A program made the position numbers and the translations under genes. From contig JAYYFI010000007.1 in assembly GCA_036158955.1 (NCBI GenBank), forward strand, positions 2,576 through 66,575: a stretch of 64,000 nucleotides of DNA, written 5' to 3'. Of the stretch, positions 39,695 to 48,918 are shown in pieces; within the stretch, counting starts at the first letter, position 1; every line of letters starts with the position of its first letter. The notes beneath the pieces were generated by a model. That model was not told the origin of the DNA, did not search any database, and was given only the letters and a program-made list of their open reading frames with translations. The stretch comes from Pseudomonadota bacterium. GTDB taxonomy: Bacteria > Pseudomonadota > Gammaproteobacteria > Ga0077536.

Positions 39695-39720
39695 ATAAAA
39701 CATTTAGGGAGATAAAATAA

Positions 39721-40140
39721 ATGGCTTATACAGTATTAGTTCAAAGAGAAGTGGATTTGCCCCGAAAGTTCGTTTTTGATGCTCTGAATGACTTTTGCGG
39801 AATAAAGAAGTTACTACCTGACATGATAGACTCAGTAGAGTGCTCCGGAAGTGGAATAGGTATGTTACGCAATATTACTCTACAAGGGGGAGGCAAAGTC
39901 GTAGAAAGACTTGAAATAAGTCGTGACAGTGATTTGTTTGGATATTCAATAATTGAAAATGATGCTTTGCCACTCACGGATTATTTTGCTTTTGTTGACT
40001 TAAAAACTATTTCAGAAACAAAAACGGAAGTTACTTATCAGAGTAATTTTAAAGCAACTGGTGATAACAATGAAGAAATGACCGGGATGATTACTCAACT
40101 TTATAATTCTATTATAGATGGGATAGTTGCCACCGGTTAA
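39721..40140 (+). CDS. SRPBCC (Bet v1 / polyketide-cyclase-like) ligand-binding protein
   Basis: 139 aa with an alternating beta pattern and a long C-terminal helix, plus a VERLE..D.....YSI motif typical of SRPBCC proteins. Confidence 0.62.
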   Translation: MAYTVLVQREVDLPRKFVFDALNDFCGIKKLLPDMIDSVECSGSGIGMLRNITLQGGGKVVERLEISRDSDLFGYSIIENDALPLTDYFAFVDLKTISETKTEVTYQSNFKATGDNNEEMTGMITQLYNSIIDGIVATG

Positions 40141-40166
40141 TTGAATTGGTTTTTAATAAAATCATG

Positions 40167-41186
40167 TTATTTTTTAAATTTTGGCATAACTTTCTCCCCA
40201 AAAAGTTTTAGGGCTCTGGTTCCGAGTTTGGGATCTAGTCCGGGAAATTGTGTTCCCATGATGAGATCGGTGCAAGTGAAGTCAAGTTGGAATTGGGATA
40301 GCTTTTCGGAGACCTGTTTAGGCGTACCCACCATGAAATGGTCAGCAAGAACTGAATTTCTCATATCTTCAGGTTTGTTGATAGGTAAAGGAGCGTCGTC
40401 CCCATCTGCGTCATTCGCTTCTGATAAAATATCATGATAGAACTCTATCAAATGAAATAAATGGTCTTGGCATTCCTCCCAAGCTTGGTCTTCAGACTCT
40501 GCGCAATATACCATCCTTAGTTGTGCTATTTTATAATCATTTGGATTTTTTCCTGATTCTTCAAGAGCTGCAATATAATCTGGTGCTGGATCTGGTCCGA
40601 TTGTTGCCATTAAGTGGTATCCCATTTGAGCTGCTTTTTTTACAGCCTTAGGTCCTCTTCCCCCTATCCAAATTGGAGGATGAGGGCTTTGAACTGGTTT
40701 AGGGGATAATTTTGCCTCATGGGTTTGGAAAAATTTGCCACTATGGGTGACTTTTTCTTCTTTGAATAGGCGCTCGATTAGTTGAATACTCTCTCTGGTT
40801 TTTGGGCCTCTCTCGGAACGATCCATACAGAACGCATTATATTCATGATATGAATATCCTTGACCTACACCAAACTCGAATCTTCCATTTGAAAGTATAT
40901 CGACATTAGCGACTTCTTCGGCAAGAAGAACAGGGTGTTGGTAAGGTAAGATCACTATAAACGTTCCTATTCTTATTTGTTTTGTTATTGTCGCAACCCC
41001 TGCAGCAGTTGTCATCAAAGAAGGATTATATCCATCCTCCGTAAAATGATGTTCTGTTAACCAAACATTATCGTATCCCAGTGATTCGCACGTTTTAACT
41101 TGCTCCAATATCTGTTGATAAAATTCCGTGAATGGCCGTCTCCACTTCACAGGATTTCTGAAATCTTCCATAAAACCAAAACGCAT
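40167..41186 (-). CDS. LLM-class flavin-dependent oxidoreductase
   Basis: VWLTEHHFTEDGY, ILPYQHPVLLAEEVANVDILSNGRFEFGVGQGY, PHPPIWIGG, GTPKQV. 16 nt downstream of an acyl-CoA dehydrogenase. Confidence 0.82.
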   Translation of the reverse strand: MRFGFMEDFRNPVKWRRPFTEFYQQILEQVKTCESLGYDNVWLTEHHFTEDGYNPSLMTTAAGVATITKQIRIGTFIVILPYQHPVLLAEEVANVDILSNGRFEFGVGQGYSYHEYNAFCMDRSERGPKTRESIQLIERLFKEEKVTHSGKFFQTHEAKLSPKPVQSPHPPIWIGGRGPKAVKKAAQMGYHLMATIGPDPAPDYIAALEESGKNPNDYKIAQLRMVYCAESEDQAWEECQDHLFHLIEFYHDILSEANDADGDDAPLPINKPEDMRNSVLADHFMVGTPKQVSEKLSQFQLDFTCTDLIMGTQFPGLDPKLGTRALKLFGEKVMPKFKK

Positions 41187-41202
41187 TTTGCTTTCCCCCT
41201 AT

Positions 41203-42369
41203 TTAAAACGATCTAGGTAAACCCAAGACTTTTTCCGAAATAAAATTGAAAATCATCTCCCTGCTAACTGGAGCTATTCGGGGTATCATTACCTCTCTCA
41301 TTAACCTTTCCACGTGATATTCTTTTGCATACCCCATACCGCCGTGGGTTAAGACGGCTTGCTCACAAGCGTTAAACCCTGCCTCTCCTGCGAGGTACTT
41401 ACAGGCATTTGCCTCCGCTCCACATTCCTTGCCTGAGTCGTATAGGGCCGCAGCTTTGAATACCATTAAATTAGCAGCTTCGAGTTCCATCCAATTTTTG
41501 GCTAATGGATGAGCGATTCCTTGGTTCTTTCCGATAGGCCTATTAAATACTACACGGTCTTTCGCGTAGTCGACGGCGCGTTTCAATGCGGCTCTGCCGA
41601 TTCCCACGGCTTCGGCAGCAATTAAAATTCTTTCTGGATTCAAACCATGAAGAATATAGTGGAATCCCTTCCCCTCATCACCAATCAGATCTTCTTGAGG
41701 AACTGGCATTCCGTCATAAAATACACTATTGGAATCAACAGCTTTTCTTCCCATTTTTTCAATTTCCCGAATCTCGACATAATCTTTATTAAGGTCTGTG
41801 TAAAAAAGAGATAGCCCTTCGGTTTTCTTTTTTACTTGCTCTTTCGGGGTTGTTCTGGCTAACAGTAATACTTTATTAGCTCTTTTAGCCATTGAGGTCC
41901 AAATTTTTTGCCCATGGATTAGATAGCCATCTCCCGATTTTTCAGCTCTCACCTCAAGACTAGTCGTATCCAAGCCCGCATTTGGTTCTGTGACTCCAAA
42001 ACAAGCATTATCTTCCCCTCTAATCATGGGTGGAAGCATTCGCTGTTTTTGCTCTTCTGTTCCGAAAACCACGATGGGGTGTAGTCCAAAAAGATTCAGG
42101 TGCACAGAAGAAGCTCCGGTGTAGCCGGCTCCTGACTCAGTGATTGTTTGCATCATAAGTGAAGCCTCTGTCATACCTAATCCGCTACCCCCGTATTCTT
42201 CTGGCATTGCTATTCCAAACCAGCCACCTTCGCAGACTTCGGTTACGAATTCCTGTGGAAATTCCCCAGTGCTATCTCGTTCCAACCAATATTCTGGCGA
42301 AAAATTGTCACATATTTTGGATATAGCTTGTTTTATGGCCATTTGATCTTCGTTTATCGAAAAAGTCAT
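41203..42369 (-). CDS. acyl-CoA dehydrogenase family protein (atypical C-terminal catalytic loop)
   Basis: ACAD fold blocks CFGVTEPNAGLD, IHGQKIWTS, THGGMGYAKEYHVERLMRE. The loop reads RIAPVSREM where MCAD-type enzymes have IYEGT.EI. Confidence 0.86.
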   Translation of the reverse strand: MTFSINEDQMAIKQAISKICDNFSPEYWLERDSTGEFPQEFVTEVCEGGWFGIAMPEEYGGSGLGMTEASLMMQTITESGAGYTGASSVHLNLFGLHPIVVFGTEEQKQRMLPPMIRGEDNACFGVTEPNAGLDTTSLEVRAEKSGDGYLIHGQKIWTSMAKRANKVLLLARTTPKEQVKKKTEGLSLFYTDLNKDYVEIREIEKMGRKAVDSNSVFYDGMPVPQEDLIGDEGKGFHYILHGLNPERILIAAEAVGIGRAALKRAVDYAKDRVVFNRPIGKNQGIAHPLAKNWMELEAANLMVFKAAALYDSGKECGAEANACKYLAGEAGFNACEQAVLTHGGMGYAKEYHVERLMREVMIPRIAPVSREMIFNFISEKVLGLPRSF

Positions 42370-42453
42370 TATTTATCTCTTTATAACTGTTATTGGTTAA
42401 ATTATTCTATATCCTACTAACTGTACACTTTTGCGCAAAAAAAGGAAAATTAG

Positions 42454-43659
42454 TTGAACGAACCAATATCTTCTCAAAATGGGAATTACAAGCTTTCCGA
42501 GCATCATTCGCTCATTTTTGAACAAGCGGATAAATTTGCTAAGAATGAATTATATCCTTTAGCCTCTAGGATGGATAAAGATGAGTGGTGGCCAGAGGAT
42601 ATTTTTACAAAAATCGGCGGTCAAGGTTATTGCGGAATAACGATTCCAGAAAAATTTGGTGGTCAGGGATTGGATGTCCTCGCTAGTGGATTGATCGCGC
42701 AGGCTATTGGGCGATGGAATTACGCACTAGCTTTGAGCTGGATCGCCCACGAGAACTTGTGTTTAGATAATCTTTTCAGAAATTGTAATGACGAGCAAAA
42801 AAAGAAATATTTACCTGCTCTTTGTTCAGGACAACACATTGGTGCGCTCGGACTGACGGAGCCTGGAGCCGGCTCTGATGCTTTGGGTGCTATGAGTACC
42901 ACAGCGGATAGACGAGGAGATGTCTTTGTTCTTAACGGGTCAAAGATGTATATCACAAACGGTCCCGTCGCAGATGTCTTATTAGTTTACGCGAAAACTG
43001 CGAAGGAGTTGGGTAAGAATGGAATATCCGCTTTTATTGTTGAAAAGGATTTTCCAGGCTTTTCCGTAGCTCAGAAACTCAACAAAATGGGTTTTAGGGG
43101 GAGTCAGACAGGCGAGTTGGTTTTTAATAATTGTGAAGTTCCAGTTGAAAATCTTTTGGGCAATGTAAATGAGGGGGTCGGAATCGTTATGAGTGGTCTC
43201 GATTTCGAGCGAGCCGTGATTGCACCAATTTGTGTGGGAATGGCAGAAAGAGCTCTTCAACTTAGTCTAGAACACGCCAGTCAACGTTGCCAATTTGGCA
43301 AAAAGATAGCTGATTTCCAAATGATTCAATCTAAGCTGGCTGATATGTACGCTGGATTAGAGGCTATGAAAGCTCTCAACCTTAAGGTATTGAACCAAAT
43401 TAATTATGCGACTAGTCAGGATGCGGGTAGGGGAATGGTTCATGCAGATGCGGCTGCGTCAATTATGTTTTGTGCAAACATGCTTAATTCTATTCTTGAT
43501 GAAGCCGTTCAAATACACGGGGGCTCTGGTTACATCTGGGAATCAGAAATAAATCGACTGTACAGGGGAAATAAATTACTTGAGATAGGGGCAGGCACAA
43601 CAGAGGTTAGGAAAATGATCATTAGCCAAGAGCTAATATCGATTGGAAGTGTTGTTTAG
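42454..43659 (+). CDS. acyl-CoA dehydrogenase, isovaleryl-CoA-dehydrogenase-like
   Basis: GLTEPGAGSD, NGSKMYITNG, GLDFER (IVD-type helix-G Glu), and LLEIGAGTTEVRKM matching the IVD-specific EIGAGTSEVRR block. TTG start. Confidence 0.84.
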   Translation: MNEPISSQNGNYKLSEHHSLIFEQADKFAKNELYPLASRMDKDEWWPEDIFTKIGGQGYCGITIPEKFGGQGLDVLASGLIAQAIGRWNYALALSWIAHENLCLDNLFRNCNDEQKKKYLPALCSGQHIGALGLTEPGAGSDALGAMSTTADRRGDVFVLNGSKMYITNGPVADVLLVYAKTAKELGKNGISAFIVEKDFPGFSVAQKLNKMGFRGSQTGELVFNNCEVPVENLLGNVNEGVGIVMSGLDFERAVIAPICVGMAERALQLSLEHASQRCQFGKKIADFQMIQSKLADMYAGLEAMKALNLKVLNQINYATSQDAGRGMVHADAAASIMFCANMLNSILDEAVQIHGGSGYIWESEINRLYRGNKLLEIGAGTTEVRKMIISQELISIGSVV

Positions 43660-43687
43660 AAACCTCTTTGAACACTAACCAATAAAA

Positions 43688-44905
43688 TTAGAAAAATGAT
43701 TGGATTCCTGTTTGGGCTCTTCCGAGGATTAAAGCATGGATATCGTGAGTCCCCTCGTAGGTATTTACCGCCTCAAGATTTAAAACGTGACGGATAATGT
43801 GATATTCATCTGAAATACCGTTTCCGCCTAACATGTCTCTGGCAATCCGTGCAATTTCCAAGGCCTTCCCACAATTGTTACGTTTAATTAACGAAATCAT
43901 TTCAGGTGCTGCTTTTCCTTTGTCAATTAGTCTTCCAACTTGTAATGCAGCTTGGTAACCCAATGTTATCTCTGTTTGCATATCTGCCAGTTTTTTTTGG
44001 ACAAGCTGGTTAGCAGCAAGAGGTCGTCCAAACTGATTTCTGTCGAGAACGTACTGTCTTGCTTGTTTCCAACAAAATTCAGCTGCGCCCATAGCACCCC
44101 AGGCGATTCCGTAACGAGCTCGGTTGAGACAGCTAAATGGCCCTTTCAATCCCGTGACGTTTGGTAACAGATTCTCTTCAGGGACGAAAACATCATCAAG
44201 CACTATTTCACCCGTGATCGATGCTCTAAGAGAAAATTTACCCTCAATTTTTGGCGTAGAAAGTCCCTTCATAGATCGTTCCACAATAAAACCTCTTATT
44301 TGACCTGATTCTTTAGCCCAAACTACAAAAACATCTGCTATCGGTGAGTTAGATATCCACATTTTTGAGCCATTGAGGACGTATCCACCCGAGCTTACTG
44401 AAGCAGATGTTTGCATGCTTGACGGGTCAGAGCCGTGGTCTGGCTCAGTGAGACCGAAAGCTCCAACCTTTCGACCTGTTGCCAATTCTGGCAGATATTT
44501 TTGTCGCTGCGACTCTGTTCCAAAGGCATAGATTGGATGCATAACTAAACTACTTTGCACGCTCATCGCGGACCTATACCCTGAGTCTATTGATTCGACA
44601 TTTTTAGCGATTAGCCCATAGTCTACGTAGTTAAGCCCGGCGCCCCCGTATTCTTCCGGAATTGTAGAGCCTAAGAAGCCGTTTTCTCCGAACTTATTCA
44701 TAATCTGTCGATCAAACTTTTCGTGTCTGTGGGCCAGAGTAATCCCCGGTAGAAGTTCACCCTCGCAAAAATCTTTAGCAGCGGTGTCAATCAGTCTTTC
44801 TTCTTCTGTAAGCATTTCCGAAAGCAACAGAGGGTCTTCCCAGTTGAAAGACTGTTCGGCGCTTGAGTTAGGAGAGGTTTGAGTGTTTTTTGCCAAAGTT
44901 GCCAT
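43688..44905 (-). CDS. gcdH: glutaryl-CoA dehydrogenase
   Basis: The C-terminal [24 protein letters not shown] is almost identical in pattern to GCDH. Also [12 protein letters not shown] and NGSKMWISN. Confidence 0.88.
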   Translation of the reverse strand: MATLAKNTQTSPNSSAEQSFNWEDPLLLSEMLTEEERLIDTAAKDFCEGELLPGITLAHRHEKFDRQIMNKFGENGFLGSTIPEEYGGAGLNYVDYGLIAKNVESIDSGYRSAMSVQSSLVMHPIYAFGTESQRQKYLPELATGRKVGAFGLTEPDHGSDPSSMQTSASVSSGGYVLNGSKMWISNSPIADVFVVWAKESGQIRGFIVERSMKGLSTPKIEGKFSLRASITGEIVLDDVFVPEENLLPNVTGLKGPFSCLNRARYGIAWGAMGAAEFCWKQARQYVLDRNQFGRPLAANQLVQKKLADMQTEITLGYQAALQVGRLIDKGKAAPEMISLIKRNNCGKALEIARIARDMLGGNGISDEYHIIRHVLNLEAVNTYEGTHDIHALILGRAQTGIQSFF

Positions 44906-45147
44906 TGAGATTCCTTATAAGGTTTATAGTCTGAAAATTTTGATATAAACAGAAACTTCTTTTAGTTATATAGTTGAGCGAGTTTGCCTTATTAAGCGTA
45001 TATTTTTTAATAGATTACAAATTAACTAAAGATTAAATTGTATCACGAAAATTCAAATTTGGAGAAGTATCTCGTTATTGGTAATATAAATCAAATAATA
45101 ACTAATACGATCACACACAAAACGGTAGATCAATCGCAGGAGTTTTT

Positions 45148-45897
45148 ATGAAAATCTTAGTGGCGGTAAAGCGGGCTATAGACTACAACGTCAAAGCAAG
45201 GCCGAAAGCTGACGGAACGGACGTGGAACTTTCGAACGTGAAGATGTCTATGAATCCATTCGATGAAATTGCGGTTGAAGAAGCCGTTAAATTACAAGAA
45301 GCAGGCGTAGCGACAGAGACAATAGCTGTTTCGATTGGGCCAAAACAAGCTCAAGAAACCCTTAGAACCGCTATGGCTATGGGAATAGATAAGAGTATAT
45401 TGGTAGAGACGGAAACCAATGTTCAGCCTCTCTCCGTTGCCAAAATCCTCGCTAATATCGCTGAAAAAGAAAAACCAGACATAATCATTCTAGGGAAACA
45501 AGCCATAGACGATGATTCGAATCAAACCGGGCAAATGTTGTCTGCTTTGTTAGGATGGTCGCAAGGTACCTTTGCTTGCAATCTAGAGGTAGAGAATGGG
45601 GAAGCAATTGTGGCGAGAGAAATTGATGGAGGAATACAAACTCTTAACTTAAAATTACCCTCAATAATAACCACAGATCTTAGATTGAATGAACCTCGCT
45701 ATGTTAAACTGCCCAACATAATGAAGGCAAAGAAAAAACCCCTGGAAGTACTGACACCAGAAGGAATGGGTGTTGATATCACCCCCAGACTGGAATTAGT
45801 GAACGTGGCTGAGCCACCAGAACGCCAGGCCGGCGTTAAAGTCGATGATGTAGGGCAATTACTTGATAAATTAAAAAATGACGCAAAGGTGATATAG
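45148..45897 (+). CDS. etfB: electron transfer flavoprotein beta subunit
   Basis: [46 protein letters not shown]-type block, LRLNEPRY. Confidence 0.92.
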   Translation: MKILVAVKRAIDYNVKARPKADGTDVELSNVKMSMNPFDEIAVEEAVKLQEAGVATETIAVSIGPKQAQETLRTAMAMGIDKSILVETETNVQPLSVAKILANIAEKEKPDIIILGKQAIDDDSNQTGQMLSALLGWSQGTFACNLEVENGEAIVAREIDGGIQTLNLKLPSIITTDLRLNEPRYVKLPNIMKAKKKPLEVLTPEGMGVDITPRLELVNVAEPPERQAGVKVDDVGQLLDKLKNDAKVI

Positions 45898-45900
45898 ATT

Positions 45901-46839
45901 ATGAACGTTTTAATTGTTGCTGAACATGATAACAAAAAATTGTCGGTTGTGACTCAAAGCGCGGTTGCCGCTGGACAATTTTTAAACCCCTCCAATCTTG
46001 ATGTTTTGGTCGCGGGTAGTGGTTGCGCTGACGTAGCGAAGGAGGCTTCAGCGATAGAAGGTGTGAACTCAGTCAAACTTTGCGATTCTGAGTCACTTAA
46101 AGATGGATTGGCCGAAAATCTAGCCTCCGTGGTGGTAAAAGAATCAGCAGAGTACCAGTTTATAATTGCGGCTTCTTCTACTAGCGGAAAAAATTTTATG
46201 CCTCGGGTAGCAGCATTGATTGATGTGGCTCAAGTTTCTGACGTCATCGAGGTCGTTGATCAAGAAACGTTCAAACGTCCAATGTATGCGGGTAATATTA
46301 TTGCTACCGTAAAATCTAAAGACGACATTAAAGTCTTGACCGTTAGGCCTACTGCGTTTGAGCCGGTTGGAATGGCTGATTCTGAAGCGTCTATCGTGAA
46401 TGTTAACGCCCCAGACAGCCCTCAGCTTTCTAAATTCGTCAAAGAGGAGTTGACTAAATCCGACAGGCCTGAACTCGGCGCTGCGGAAATTATAGTGTCT
46501 GGCGGAAGAGGTGTGGGTAGTTCCGAGGATTTCGCAATTATTGAAAAACTTGCTGATAAATTGGGTGCCGCCGTCGGTGCGTCCAGAGCAGCTGTTGATG
46601 CCGGATATGTACCTAATGATTATCAGGTAGGCCAGACTGGTAAAATAGTAGCACCCCAATTATACATTGCTGTTGGAATTTCCGGGGCAATTCAACATCT
46701 TGCGGGGATGAAGGATTCTAAAGTTATTGTTGCAATCAATAAAGACGAAGAAGCGCCGATTTTTGGAGTCGCAGATTATGGCTTGGTTGGCGATCTCTTT
46801 AAAGAAGTCCCAGAGATGTCTGAGCAACTATCTGATTAG
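45901..46839 (+). CDS. etfA: electron transfer flavoprotein alpha subunit
   Basis: VSGGRGVGS, GASRAAVDAGY, QVGQTGKIVAPQLYIAVGISGAIQHLAGM, INKDEEAPIF. 3 nt after etfB. Confidence 0.92.
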   Translation: MNVLIVAEHDNKKLSVVTQSAVAAGQFLNPSNLDVLVAGSGCADVAKEASAIEGVNSVKLCDSESLKDGLAENLASVVVKESAEYQFIIAASSTSGKNFMPRVAALIDVAQVSDVIEVVDQETFKRPMYAGNIIATVKSKDDIKVLTVRPTAFEPVGMADSEASIVNVNAPDSPQLSKFVKEELTKSDRPELGAAEIIVSGGRGVGSSEDFAIIEKLADKLGAAVGASRAAVDAGYVPNDYQVGQTGKIVAPQLYIAVGISGAIQHLAGMKDSKVIVAINKDEEAPIFGVADYGLVGDLFKEVPEMSEQLSD

Positions 46840-46869
46840 CGTAAGTATGGATTTTATCAGGCGATTAAT

Positions 46870-48501
46870 ATGGTAGACAGAGAAGTGATGGAATACGATG
46901 TTGTAGTAGTTGGCGGTGGTCCAGCAGGACTCAGCTTTGCTATTAAATTTAAGCAGCTTTGCGATAAGTCTGGGAAAGACTTATCCGTTTGTTTAGTTGA
47001 GAAGGGTTCTGAAATTGGCTCGCACATCTTATCGGGAGCGGTAGTGGAACCAAAAGCATTAGATGAACTGATACCAGACTGGAAATCCCGGGGTGCCCCG
47101 CTTGAGACTCCTGCTAAGTCGGACAGGTTTTATCTTTTATCAAAAAGATTTGCTTTGAGAGTTCCGACTCCGCCCCAAATGCATAATAAAGGCAACTATA
47201 TTACAAGTTTAGGAAATTTGTGCAGATGGCTTGGGGAGCAAGCGGAAGAGCTAGGTGTCGACATTTTTCCTGGTTTCTCTGGTTCAGACTTATCCCTTGA
47301 TACTGATGGCAGTATCAAGGGAGTGATTACTGGGGACATGGGCCGGACTAAAGATGGTTCAGAGGGTGATAATTTCGAGCCCGGAATTGAATTGCGAGGC
47401 AAACAGACTATCTTTGCAGAAGGTTGTAGAGGTTCATTAACAAAAAAATTATTTGATAGATTTAAGTTAAGAACAGATTGTGATCCGCAAGTCTATGGAA
47501 TTGGCATTAAAGAAGTCTGGCAACTGGATCCCGCTAACTTTGTTTCCGGTCAAATTACTCACACAGCAGGATGGCCAATGGATCTAACAACATACGGTGG
47601 CTCGTGGATGTATCACTACGGTGAGAATCTGCTGTCTGTGGGTTTCGTACTAGGCTTGAATTATAAAAATCCTCACTTAAGTCCCTTCGAAGAAATGCAG
47701 AGATTTAAAACCCATCCTAAATTTCGAAAACTATTCGATGGTGCAAAGAGAATTTCATATGGTGCAAGAGCAATTAGCGCAGGGGGGATACAGTCTCTAC
47801 CTAAACTGTCTTTTCCAGGTGGACTAATCATAGGTGATGCTGCCGGATTTTTAAACGTACCGAAAATTAAGGGAACACACACTGCAATGAAGTCAGGAAT
47901 CTTAGCAGCCGAAAGCGTTTTTGAAGAAGCACTTAATGGTTGGGCTAATAAAGAGATAAAAAGTTTTCAAAATAAACTGCAAGAGAGCTGGTTATGGGAC
48001 GAACTGCATAAAGTTAGAAATATCAAGCCTTCGTTTAAATGGGGCTTGATATTCGCTATGGTATATTCAGCAATTGATACTTATATTTTTCGCGGTAAGG
48101 CCCCTTGGACTTTTTCTAATAAGGCGGATCATTTGCAAACAGAGAAGGCTGAACACTCGAAACCAATAAGTTACCCCAAACCAGATGGAAAAGTAACTTT
48201 TGACAAGTCTTCTTCTGTTTTTTTGTCCAATACTTATCATGAAGAAAACCAACCTTGTCATCTGGTTTTAAAACAACCAGAAATGGCGTTGGAGAATAAC
48301 CTAAAGTTGTATGCAGGGCTTGAGCAGAACTATTGCCCAGCAGGGGTTTATGAGTACGTGAACGAAGGATCAACTAAAAGACTCCAAATAAATGCTCAAA
48401 ATTGCGTGCATTGTAAAACATGTGATATCAAGGATCCTGGTCAAAATATTACGTGGTGTGTTCCGGAAGGAAGCGGTGGGCCTAATTATTCCAGTATGTA
48501 A
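46870..48501 (+). CDS. electron-transfer flavoprotein:ubiquinone oxidoreductase (ETF-QO)
   Basis: VVVGGGPAGLS FAD motif, FAEGCRGS, GDAAGFLNVPKIKGTH, and a C-terminal 4Fe-4S motif NCVHCKTCDIKDP. Confidence 0.92.
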   Translation: MVDREVMEYDVVVVGGGPAGLSFAIKFKQLCDKSGKDLSVCLVEKGSEIGSHILSGAVVEPKALDELIPDWKSRGAPLETPAKSDRFYLLSKRFALRVPTPPQMHNKGNYITSLGNLCRWLGEQAEELGVDIFPGFSGSDLSLDTDGSIKGVITGDMGRTKDGSEGDNFEPGIELRGKQTIFAEGCRGSLTKKLFDRFKLRTDCDPQVYGIGIKEVWQLDPANFVSGQITHTAGWPMDLTTYGGSWMYHYGENLLSVGFVLGLNYKNPHLSPFEEMQRFKTHPKFRKLFDGAKRISYGARAISAGGIQSLPKLSFPGGLIIGDAAGFLNVPKIKGTHTAMKSGILAAESVFEEALNGWANKEIKSFQNKLQESWLWDELHKVRNIKPSFKWGLIFAMVYSAIDTYIFRGKAPWTFSNKADHLQTEKAEHSKPISYPKPDGKVTFDKSSSVFLSNTYHEENQPCHLVLKQPEMALENNLKLYAGLEQNYCPAGVYEYVNEGSTKRLQINAQNCVHCKTCDIKDPGQNITWCVPEGSGGPNYSSM

Positions 48502-48517
48502 AAGCTAAGAGATATAG

Positions 48518-48838
48518 ATGCCAAAAATTATATTTAAGGATACCAATGATTTAATTATCAAAAAAGTTGATGCTAAAGTAGGTTGGTCATTAATGGAAAC
48601 CGCCCTAGAGAATCAGATTCCAGGAATTTTAGGCGAATGTGGTGGGGGTTGCTCCTGTGCAACTTGTCACGTTTACGTCGAAACTAACCAAACTGATAAA
48701 CTATCGGACGTGTCAGAGATTGAAGAGGAAACTTTGGAATTTGTTGATAACAAAATCGACGGTCTTTCTAGATTGTCCTGTCAAATAGAAATAACGGAAG
48801 AGCTCGACGGCATGTCTTTTCAAGTTCCAATCGATTGA
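48518..48838 (+). CDS. [2Fe-2S] ferredoxin, adrenodoxin/putidaredoxin type
   Basis: C-X5-C-X2-C (ECGGGCSCATCH) plus a distal LSCQI cysteine. 106 aa. 16 nt after ETF-QO. Confidence 0.85.
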   Translation: MPKIIFKDTNDLIIKKVDAKVGWSLMETALENQIPGILGECGGGCSCATCHVYVETNQTDKLSDVSEIEEETLEFVDNKIDGLSRLSCQIEITEELDGMSFQVPID

Positions 48839-48918
48839 TATTTAGTTAAAAAAATTCAGTCGATCCTCGATGAATAAGAATAATCATCAAACCCATCTAC
48901 GTTGCTGACAGTGATTTT

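Noticed and set aside
44906-45147. Largest intergenic region (gcdH / etfB divergent, ~240 nt), inspected for tRNA, sRNA, repeats or a small ORF
   Set aside because: The sequence is very AT-rich, with several loosely promoter-like hexamers. I found no cloverleaf, stable stem-loops, direct repeats or SD-preceded ORF. It is most simply a double promoter region.
46144-46659. 171-aa ORF antisense to etfA
   Set aside because: etfA on the plus strand is unambiguous. The antisense product is Arg/Ser-rich with no motif and no SD.
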